Source: Bdellovibrionota bacterium
GTDB lineage: Bacteria; Bdellovibrionota_C; UBA2361; JBIKWN01
DNA: 64,000 bases
Assembly: GCA_044356295.1 (NCBI GenBank)
Contig: JBIKWN010000003.1
Location: 32,001 to 96,000, forward strand
Direction of reading: 5' to 3'
The notes under the pieces are model-generated. The model saw only the letters and a program-made list of their open reading frames with translations. It was not told the DNA's origin and searched no databases. This document shows positions 41,276-48,877 of the stretch, piece after piece. A program made the translations under genes and the position numbers. The first letter of the stretch is position 1. Every line of letters starts with the position of its first letter.

Positions 41276-42478
41276 ATGATTGAAAGTGAGCTCCTTGAAC
41301 AAAATGTTGATCTTATAAAATGGAACAATGCTGAAATTATTCTTGTTGGAACTGCTCATGTCAGCCAACAAAGTGTTGAATTAACTGAAAGAATTATTGA
41401 AGAGCACAATCCAGATATTGTTGCAGTCGAGCTTTGTCAATCTCGATTTGATTCGCTCAAAGATCCTAATCGTTGGAAAAATACCGATGTCATTACGATC
41501 TTAAAGACTGGAAGGATATATGTCCTTCTTTTACAACTCGTACTTGCAAGTTATCAAAAACGTCTTGGTAATGAACTGAATGTAAAACCAGGAGCTGAGA
41601 TGATGGCGGCCGTCAAAAAAGCCGAAAGTAAAAATATTGAAATTGTTCTTGCTGATAGGGATGTTAAAACAACTCTTCGAAGAGCATGGTCTAATACAAG
41701 GGTCTTTAGTATTTTTAAACTTTTCTTTTCATCACTCTATGAAGAAGTAAAAGGACTATTTAAATCTGACAAAAAAGATTCCATGACTATCGGTGACGAG
41801 ATTGAACGTTTAAAAAATCCTGACGCTCTCGATCAGATGATGAAAGAGTTTTCTGAAGCACTACCAGATGTAAAGGAACCACTTATTGATGAACGAGATC
41901 TTTACATAGCTTCGAAAATTAAAGACGCAGCACTTCCAGGGAAAAAAATTGTAGCAATCCTAGGTGCTGGACATATCCCTGGGATCAAAAATATTTTTAA
42001 ACAAGAAATAGATAGAAACATTCTTGAAGTTATTCCTCCCGCTTCAACAGCAAGTAAAGTACTTGGAGTATTTTTTCCTGCGTTCTTAACCATCGCTTTA
42101 ATTGCAGGATTTTTTTGGGGAGGCAAAGATACCTCGCTAGCAATCGCAGGAACTTGGATCTTGTATACAGGCATATCTGCTGCAATTGGAGCTGCTATTT
42201 CACTAGCTCATCCACTCTCGATAATTACTGCTGGACTCACTGCTCCTTTAACGACAATTCATCCCATTTTATCGGTTGGATGGTTTGCCGGTTTTGTTGA
42301 GGCTTGGATTCGGACTCCAAGGGTTACCGACATGGAAACGGTTCTTGATGACATAGGATCCCTTAAAGGCATCTATAACAACCGTTTTGCACGTGTTTTT
42401 TTGGTCATGATCCTCACTAACCTTACGACTTCAATCGGTATGATTTGGGGCGTAAAAGTGGTAGCATCTCTGCTGTGA
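41276..42478 (+). CDS. TraB/GumN family protein
   Basis: LVGTAHVS, VAVELC, PGAEM, LADRD, LIDERD, GAGH, C-terminal TM helices. Confidence 0.92.
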   Translation: MIESELLEQNVDLIKWNNAEIILVGTAHVSQQSVELTERIIEEHNPDIVAVELCQSRFDSLKDPNRWKNTDVITILKTGRIYVLLLQLVLASYQKRLGNELNVKPGAEMMAAVKKAESKNIEIVLADRDVKTTLRRAWSNTRVFSIFKLFFSSLYEEVKGLFKSDKKDSMTIGDEIERLKNPDALDQMMKEFSEALPDVKEPLIDERDLYIASKIKDAALPGKKIVAILGAGHIPGIKNIFKQEIDRNILEVIPPASTASKVLGVFFPAFLTIALIAGFFWGGKDTSLAIAGTWILYTGISAAIGAAISLAHPLSIITAGLTAPLTTIHPILSVGWFAGFVEAWIRTPRVTDMETVLDDIGSLKGIYNNRFARVFLVMILTNLTTSIGMIWGVKVVASLL

Positions 42479-43461
42479 GTAAGCAGGATAAACTTTCCCC
42501 CTTACAATTTGGATGCACTATTCTTGCAGAAACGAGCGAGGCAATTTCCCGCTGCCAAGAGACATTGAGCAATTCATTTGAACATGCTGTAAGACTCATT
42601 ATGAGTCTTAATGTCCATGGGCATGTTGTTACCTCAGGAATTGGAAAAGCTGGAATCATTGCTCAAAAAATATCTGCAACACTTGCAAGTATTGGAGTTC
42701 CAAGTTTTTTTCTGCATCCAGCTGAAGCAGTTCACGGTGACATGGGTCGTTTTACAAAACTTGATGTTGCTCTTATTTTTTCGAATTCTGGTGAAACTGA
42801 AGAAGTAACCAGAATGATCCCTGCAATAAAACGGATTGGTGCGCCGATTGTTTCCATTACTGCTGGAAAAGACTCAACGATTGCAAAGCATAGCGACATT
42901 ACTCTTTGGTACGCTCTTCCTAAAGAGAGTGGTCCACTTTCCTTAGCTCCAACAACAAGTACTTCTGTCATGCTTGCCATTGGCGATGCTCTTTCAATGA
43001 CAATTCTTAGAGAGAAAGGGCTTACAAAAGAAGAGTTTGCCTTCTTTCATCCTGGAGGAGCACTTGGAAGAGCTCTTCTTACCGTTAGAGAAGTCATGAG
43101 AGTTAATGATGAAGTTCTTATCGTTCCTGAATCAACTCTTGTTAAAGATGTTCTTCATAAGATTAGTCTTACGAAAGGAAGACCTGGAGCGGCGCTTATT
43201 ATTAATTCATCAGGAATTCTGAGTGGAATCTTTACTGACGGTGATTTAAGAAGATGCCTTGAATCTGGAACTTCATTTTTAGAAAAGCCCGTTTATGACG
43301 TAATGGGTAAATCTCCGAAAACTATCTCTGCAGATAAACTTGCATCTGAAGCTACTAAAATTTTGCTTGATAATAAAATTGATCAACTTGGAATTATTGA
43401 TGAGTCTGGATGTCCAATTGGACTTGTCGATATTCAGGATGTTGCTGCTTCAAATCGTTAA
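42475..43461 (+). CDS. kdsD: Arabinose-5-phosphate isomerase (KdsD/KpsF; SIS + CBS)
   Basis: GIGKAG, HPAEAVHGDMG, SNSGET, APTTST, FHPGG, FTDGDLRR; GTG 42475 overlaps the traB stop. Confidence 0.95.
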   Translation: MSKQDKLSPLQFGCTILAETSEAISRCQETLSNSFEHAVRLIMSLNVHGHVVTSGIGKAGIIAQKISATLASIGVPSFFLHPAEAVHGDMGRFTKLDVALIFSNSGETEEVTRMIPAIKRIGAPIVSITAGKDSTIAKHSDITLWYALPKESGPLSLAPTTSTSVMLAIGDALSMTILREKGLTKEEFAFFHPGGALGRALLTVREVMRVNDEVLIVPESTLVKDVLHKISLTKGRPGAALIINSSGILSGIFTDGDLRRCLESGTSFLEKPVYDVMGKSPKTISADKLASEATKILLDNKIDQLGIIDESGCPIGLVDIQDVAASNR

Positions 43462-43617
43462 CTGTCTCTTTAGTCAGAGAACAAAACCCCATCTCCGTGA
43501 GCCTAGGCGTGAGCGTGACCAAAAAAAAGCAGATGGCTTCTAAATAAATTAAAGCAATAAAATCAAATAGTTAGAACCACTTATCCTTCATTATTCTCTC
43601 GGAGCTTGAAAAAACAC

Positions 43618-43645
43618 TAAAGTTTTCCAATCCAAAAGCCGTATT
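43618..43645 (+). promoter_or_regulatory. Candidate sigma-28 promoter of the flagellin gene
   Basis: TAAAGTTT...GCCGTATT (TAAA-N16-GCCG), ending 9 nt before ATG. Confidence 0.55.
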
Positions 43646-43654
43646 ATGTAACTG

Positions 43655-44461
43655 ATGGGTAATAACGGGTCGGTAGACGGCATTAAGCGAAATTTATTTC
43701 GCCAAACTGAAGAGCTTACACGCTCAAACAGTAAACTTGCTTCTGGAAAAAGAATCGAGCGCGCGGCAGATGATGCTGCTGGCTTAGCAGTTGCTGAAAA
43801 ACTTCTTGCAGATAGTGTTCAATTCTCTCAAGCATCACGAAATATTTCAGATGGTGTTTCCTTAACTCAGATACAAGACGGAGTTTACAGTTCACTGAGC
43901 GATATCAACTCTCGCCTCACTGAACTTGCCACTCAATCTTCAAATGGAACATTAAGTGATACTCAGCGCTCTACCCTCAATCAAGAATTCCAAGCTCTGA
44001 GCCAAGAAGCAACCCGTATCGTTAGCTCTACAACATTTAACGGACAAAATGTTTTTTCAGGCACAACCAACATTCAAGTGGGAATTGATAACTCTGAAAA
44101 TTCAACGATTGCACTTGTCGATCCAAAACTTGGGGAAACAGTCGCTCAACTGACTCCGCTCAGTATTGATTCTCAAGCAAACGCACAAGCATCTCTTGGA
44201 TTTTTAAATAGTTTTAGTGAACAGCTCTCACGAAGTCGTGGTGATTTAGGGTCACAGCAATCTCGCCTCGATTCAGCTAATAATATTGCTCAGACTCAGC
44301 GAGATAGCGCTATAACGGCCGAATCTAGAATCCGAGACTTAGACTATGCCGAAGAAATTACTAAACGTACTGCTCTGGTTATAAGTCAACAAAGCTCCAC
44401 CGCTCTCCTTGCCCAAGCAAGCAAGTTGAATGCTGGAATTGTCCAAAAATTAATTAGTTAA
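43655..44461 (+). CDS. fliC: Flagellin (short D0/D1-only, divergent termini)
   Basis: KLASGKRIERAADDAAGLA, RNISDG, RLTELATQSSNGT, TTFNG, QVG, AESRIRDLDYA. Confidence 0.92.
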   Translation: MGNNGSVDGIKRNLFRQTEELTRSNSKLASGKRIERAADDAAGLAVAEKLLADSVQFSQASRNISDGVSLTQIQDGVYSSLSDINSRLTELATQSSNGTLSDTQRSTLNQEFQALSQEATRIVSSTTFNGQNVFSGTTNIQVGIDNSENSTIALVDPKLGETVAQLTPLSIDSQANAQASLGFLNSFSEQLSRSRGDLGSQQSRLDSANNIAQTQRDSAITAESRIRDLDYAEEITKRTALVISQQSSTALLAQASKLNAGIVQKLIS

Positions 44462-44485
44462 TTTTTTAAAAAAAGCTCCCAAATA

Positions 44486-44512
44486 TAAACATTCCACCTG
44501 AGTTGGCGATAA
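44486..44512 (+). promoter_or_regulatory. Sigma-28 promoter for ORF 44648
   Basis: TAAA-N15-GGCGATAA, one mismatch to TAAA-N15-GCCGATAA. Confidence 0.75.
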
Positions 44513-44521
44513 CTCATAGAA

Positions 44522-44538
44522 GACACAAGGACGTTGTC
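44522..44538 (+). promoter_or_regulatory. Putative CsrA-binding GGA hairpin in the 44648 leader
   Basis: GACACAAGGACGTTGTC: GACA/TGTC stem; ACACAAGGACGT matches 10 of 12 positions of RUACARGGAUGU. Confidence 0.5.
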
Positions 44539-44647
44539 ACAATTCGGTGCACGATACGAGTGTCGATTTATACTAGGAAGTTTTCGAGAGTCCTTTCTGC
44601 GAATAGAGTCTTCTCTCTTAAATTTCTGATGACAGTGAGGTTGTACA

Positions 44648-44998
44648 ATGAGCGATGCAGTAAATGGTGGCGGTAAACCCGTCCCCATTGCGCGACTATT
44701 CAGTGGCGCAAAAATTCAAGAAAAAAAAGAATCGGCAGATACGCCGCAAAAAGCAGTGGATTCTGTTGTTTCAGGTGTTGATAAAGCTCGGCAAAGTGTC
44801 GAGCGAATCACTGAAGCAGCAACGACGCGGATTGAAGTTATTCGACAGAATGAATCTTCATCTCGAACAAAAGTTGCGGATGTTGATGAGGCGTTACGTT
44901 TATCGAAAAATTTACGTCTTAATATTCAAGAAAATGAGCAAAGAGCTAAAGAAGCTCATGATCTTGATCTTTCAAAAATTAAAGAACTACTTAAGTAA
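44648..44998 (+). CDS. Small protein resembling only the flagellin C-terminal helices
   Basis: QNESSSRTKVADVDEA...IKELLK aligns with flagellin ENLTAAESRIRDVDMA...VLQLLR; SD GAGG. Confidence 0.7.
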   Translation: MSDAVNGGGKPVPIARLFSGAKIQEKKESADTPQKAVDSVVSGVDKARQSVERITEAATTRIEVIRQNESSSRTKVADVDEALRLSKNLRLNIQENEQRAKEAHDLDLSKIKELLK

Positions 44999-45020
44999 GT
45001 AATCTTACTTTAAGTAATTC

Positions 45021-45063
45021 AAAGTGTGTGGAAAAAGAATTATCTTGTTCCACACACTTTTTT
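45021..45063 (+). terminator. Rho-independent terminator after the flagellin locus
   Basis: AAAGTGTGTGGAA...TTCCACACACTTT plus T-tract. Confidence 0.85.
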
Positions 45064-45189
45064 GTTTGAGTAATTTTATTTTCTGCTACCACAAAATTGG
45101 GTAGAAGGTTTTTTAAGGGAGTCGTTTCTACTACTTAATACTTCCTAAAAAAGGGAAACTTTCCCCTTCCAGATTGCGAACAGTTCATT

Positions 45190-45627
45190 ATGTCTTGCAA
45201 TCTATATCAAAAGAAAAAAACGGCAGGATTCTCGATTCTTGAGGTTCTGATTTTGCTTTTTTTAACTGGGATTATCTTTTCGGTATCCTTCCCAGCCCTT
45301 GGTGCTGCTGTAAGAAAAACTGAAGCTCAAAAACAAGCTGATGCAATATCGGCTTGGCTATCAACACTTCATATGAAGTCCCTTAATATGCAAAAAGATC
45401 TCTCTGTGAGATTAAATAACAACGAACTCATCGCCAAAGATAAAAATGATAAAACTATAGCAAGAAAAAAAATATCAGAAAAAACAACAGTACGGTTATC
45501 TTCATCTCAAATAAGATTTTTTGCCTCAGGTGTTCAATCACCAACAACAATTTATCTTTCTCATCTCACGATAAGCTGCACCATTGTTCTAGCACTTCGT
45601 GGGAGAATCACTACTCAGTGCAAATAA
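45190..45627 (+). CDS. Type IV pilin-like protein (FimT/GspH-like)
   Basis: Prepilin site KKKTAG/FSILE plus hydrophobic helix; IRFFASG...RGRI C-terminus. Confidence 0.8.
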   Translation: MSCNLYQKKKTAGFSILEVLILLFLTGIIFSVSFPALGAAVRKTEAQKQADAISAWLSTLHMKSLNMQKDLSVRLNNNELIAKDKNDKTIARKKISEKTTVRLSSSQIRFFASGVQSPTTIYLSHLTISCTIVLALRGRITTQCK

Positions 45628-45844
45628 TATGTTTGGATTAGATTTTATTTTTTTACTGATAGGCTTTTCAAAATTCTCTACTGTTTTTATGAGTTTTGAA
45701 AACACACTCACAGTTTCGAATAAAATACTTAGTAATGTTTCAAATTACTCTGTACCAAAAGACTGTGAATCAAAGGAGTTGTTAAGGGAACATGTTTTAA
45801 TCTGTCAAGATTCAACAATATGGATTGTTGGGAAAAGCAGATGA
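45599..45844 (+). CDS. Small minor-pilin-like protein (PilV position)
   Basis: G/ESLLS plus hydrophobic stretch and a C-terminal Cys pair; coupled to its neighbours. Confidence 0.45.
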   Translation: MGESLLSANNMFGLDFIFLLIGFSKFSTVFMSFENTLTVSNKILSNVSNYSVPKDCESKELLREHVLICQDSTIWIVGKSR

Positions 45845-46707
45845 AAATTGATTTTCGAAAGAGAAGAAGCTCTGGAGCCTCGCTGATAGGTTTTATTATT
45901 TTTCTATCAATTTCATCAATGTTGATGTCGATACTGCTTTCAAAATTCCATGAACAAATTTCTAGTTTTCAAAAAAGCATCTATAGATTTGATGAGTTAA
46001 GGGGATTTCTTCAAACATATACTCTTTTAACTGTGGATTTTAGAAATTTAAATTTCTCGCGTCTGTCAATCACTCCGCAACTAGGTTCAGGTCTTATTAC
46101 GTATGCAGACGGTTCCCCACTTGCCTTATCAACCCCTTTAGCCGTTGGGTCAAAATGGTGGATATTTTACAGGACATCAAAAATACCAGTTTTAAACGTG
46201 ACTGGATCTAAATTTGAAAACAATCAAAACAGAATTGAAATCTGTAATCCATTCAGCAATAAGATTAACGCAGCACACAAAGATGCATTTGCCCTCTCTG
46301 ATAGCGGTATACAAGAGGTAGGAATTAGGATTATCAATTCATATGTAAATAACGAAATGACACCTTGTGTCTCATTAGAGATTGAAAAATTAAAACAACT
46401 CTTTGCGTCTTCAAACGACAATTGGCAACTTGCATTTACTCAAGCCGTACAAATTATTGATGAAAAGTTTTTATACATAACTGATGAAAAGAAACAGTTG
46501 AGAAGAATTCAGATTAGACAAAATGAGATAATTGAAAATCAGCCATGTATTAAAGCAGTACCAATTATGGAGTTAGCCTTGGGTCAAGATAATTCAAGAT
46601 ACACTTTAACTTGTGCATATTGCCCGTTACTATTGGTGAGAAGAAGACTTCAACCATTATCAGATCCTATGTTAGTGGCTTCTCTACTTTCCATGAAGGA
46701 CACATAA
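45841..46707 (+). CDS. Minor-pilin-like protein (PilW position)
   Basis: Basic leader KRRSSG/ASLIG plus hydrophobic helix; ATGA overlap with the previous ORF. Confidence 0.6.
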   Translation: MKIDFRKRRSSGASLIGFIIFLSISSMLMSILLSKFHEQISSFQKSIYRFDELRGFLQTYTLLTVDFRNLNFSRLSITPQLGSGLITYADGSPLALSTPLAVGSKWWIFYRTSKIPVLNVTGSKFENNQNRIEICNPFSNKINAAHKDAFALSDSGIQEVGIRIINSYVNNEMTPCVSLEIEKLKQLFASSNDNWQLAFTQAVQIIDEKFLYITDEKKQLRRIQIRQNEIIENQPCIKAVPIMELALGQDNSRYTLTCAYCPLLLVRRRLQPLSDPMLVASLLSMKDT

Positions 46708-47396
46708 AAGTGCTGTCATCTATTATAACAATTTGGCTGTTATATTTTTCATCAATTACTGAAAGATTTTTTTTAAATACACAGGCTTTTATTCAAATTG
46801 CATCATCGCTGCGAATAAGTGAACAAAGCTATAGTAATTCATTTTCGAATATTTTTTTAGCGCCTCAAAATTACTCTGAACAAAGCTTTCTGATTCGACC
46901 ACAAGACCCGACGTTAGGTTTACTAGACTGGTCAGATATTTTTAGTACGTATCAAATATGTAATTACGATACTCTATTAGAAAACAGAGTGTCCCAAGGG
47001 ATAGTCTCTCCAAAGACATGTAAATCTCTGGGGATAATTAAGGGGTCAAAAAGTTACGTAGGTAATGTAGAAGGAATTTTGCGAGTCGGGGAAATTGGAC
47101 AATTGCCGCTTCAAGCATATTCTTATCTTATTTTTTCAGGTCGAATTACAGCTGTGAACATCGAGTTTAATAGCCCAACATTACTACTTTCACTTGGAAG
47201 AATTTCAGCTGAAAAAATCACTTGCAAGAATAATGTACCAATAAAAATTTTCTCTTTTGAGGATATTAACTATACAGAACTTCATGGTTGTAGTCGTATA
47301 GAGATAGTACCAAGGCTACAAGAACAACAAAGCGTCCTTAAGAAGCATTTCTCTTCACGGCGATACCTACTTTACGGTATACTCGCTAAGCCTTGA
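46611..47396 (+). CDS. Minor-pilin-like protein (PilX position); start uncertain
   Basis: EG/HIKVLSSIITIWLLYF helix and a beta-rich C-terminus; last gene of the pilin-like cluster. Confidence 0.45.
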   Translation: MCILPVTIGEKKTSTIIRSYVSGFSTFHEGHIKVLSSIITIWLLYFSSITERFFLNTQAFIQIASSLRISEQSYSNSFSNIFLAPQNYSEQSFLIRPQDPTLGLLDWSDIFSTYQICNYDTLLENRVSQGIVSPKTCKSLGIIKGSKSYVGNVEGILRVGEIGQLPLQAYSYLIFSGRITAVNIEFNSPTLLLSLGRISAEKITCKNNVPIKIFSFEDINYTELHGCSRIEIVPRLQEQQSVLKKHFSSRRYLLYGILAKP

Positions 47397-47905
47397 AAAT
47401 CGAAACGTTACACCACATCAATCCATATGCAGATGAACGTCCTGATGGTGTTTTAATTGACACGATTGTTATTCACTCAATGTTTGCTGAGGGCACACCT
47501 CACCCTATGGATGTCCTCTCGTGCCATCAAACTTTAATCAATCACCACGTTTCTGCCCATTACTATATCGACCAAAAAGGTGGTATTTTTTCATCAATTC
47601 CAGTTATTTTAAGGGCTTGGCATGCTGGAAATAGCACAATGCCCTTCCCCAATGATATGCGCCAGGCAGTAAACGATTTCAGTGTTGGTATTGAGTTGAT
47701 TTCCGATCTCAATCTAAGTTTTTCAAAAGAACAGTATGAATCGGTTATATTTTTGATACAAAATATTTCGAGTAAGCATCCAATTTCAGCTATAGTTGGA
47801 CACGATCAGATTGCTCCGGGAAGAAAAACAGACCCGGGATTGAAATTTGATTGGAAAATCCTTCGAAAAGAGTTTAAAAAATATTCATTTGATCCAAACT
47901 GTTAA
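47393..47905 (+). CDS. ampD: N-acetylmuramoyl-L-alanine amidase (AmpD-like, Amidase_2)
   Basis: IVIHS, VSAHYYI, RAWHAG, NDFSVGIEL, GHDQIAPGRKTDPG. Confidence 0.9.
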   Translation: MKIETLHHINPYADERPDGVLIDTIVIHSMFAEGTPHPMDVLSCHQTLINHHVSAHYYIDQKGGIFSSIPVILRAWHAGNSTMPFPNDMRQAVNDFSVGIELISDLNLSFSKEQYESVIFLIQNISSKHPISAIVGHDQIAPGRKTDPGLKFDWKILRKEFKKYSFDPNC

Positions 47906-47910
47906 TCTTT

Positions 47911-48615
47911 ATGAAAAAAAATCTTTATCTTTGTTTCCTATTATCACTTATATCATTAACAATAATTTCATCAGGTTGCGGTAGAAACAACAGAAATGGA
48001 AATAATGATCAAGAAACTAATATTCGATTTTTAAATGCTGTATCGAATGCCTCTTCGCTCGATTTCTTTTTAGATAATAAATTATATCTTCAAGATGTTG
48101 GATACTTAGAAAATACATCTTATTCAAAAGAAAGTACTCAATCCCAGAAATTACAGGTTACTATTAGTGGGACAGCAACAAGGCTTGTTGATACTACATT
48201 AGGTTTTGGAGATCAGAGGGATAGTTCAATTATTATAAGTGGGACAAAAAATGATTCATCATTAATTGTTACTCGTGATGACAACTCTCCTGCAAGTGAT
48301 AATATAGCTAAAATCCGTTTCATTAACTTAGCATATTCTTACGATAAAGTTGATATTTATATTGTTGGTAAAGGTCAATCGATAGCCACTCTTGACCCTA
48401 GTTTTGAGAAAATCTCATATAAAAGAGTTTCTACGTATATTGTACTCGATGAAGGATCCTATACGGTGATACTGACAGAAGCTGGAAGTAAAGCAGTCGT
48501 TGCTCAATCAACATCCTCCGCTTTTAATGGAGCATCAGTGACCACTATAATTGCTGCTGATACAAAGGGTGGTATAAAGCCTGCAAAGCTTCTCTTGTTA
48601 ACAGATAAAAAATAA
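47911..48615 (+). CDS. DUF4397-like lipoprotein
   Basis: Lipobox SSGC; duplicated IRFLNA..LDF / IRFINL..VDIY repeats. Confidence 0.8.
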   Translation: MKKNLYLCFLLSLISLTIISSGCGRNNRNGNNDQETNIRFLNAVSNASSLDFFLDNKLYLQDVGYLENTSYSKESTQSQKLQVTISGTATRLVDTTLGFGDQRDSSIIISGTKNDSSLIVTRDDNSPASDNIAKIRFINLAYSYDKVDIYIVGKGQSIATLDPSFEKISYKRVSTYIVLDEGSYTVILTEAGSKAVVAQSTSSAFNGASVTTIIAADTKGGIKPAKLLLLTDKK

Positions 48616-48877
48616 TTTGTTCTTTTTATTTTATTCTTCATAACCTCTTATTAAGGTTCTTATGTTAGAATCCTCAAAAATTACTTCATAATAAAACATA
48701 GGTTAATTTCACACACTTTTTTCGCCACGCTTCTTGAATCAAGAGTTTGTCTTTTGTCATCTTTTTTAGTGGAAAAATAGCGATTTCGTAGCAAAATCAA
48801 GAGTCTTTTAAAGCTTTTTCAATGCCCAACATGATTCTCTTTATTTAATCCTCTCAATACTTTAAGTTAGTTAAACT

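Noticed and set aside
43490..43520. Minus-strand GGTCACGC resembling the start of a c-di-GMP-I riboswitch
   Set aside because: Lacks the GGCAAAC, GNRA tetraloop and receptor core.
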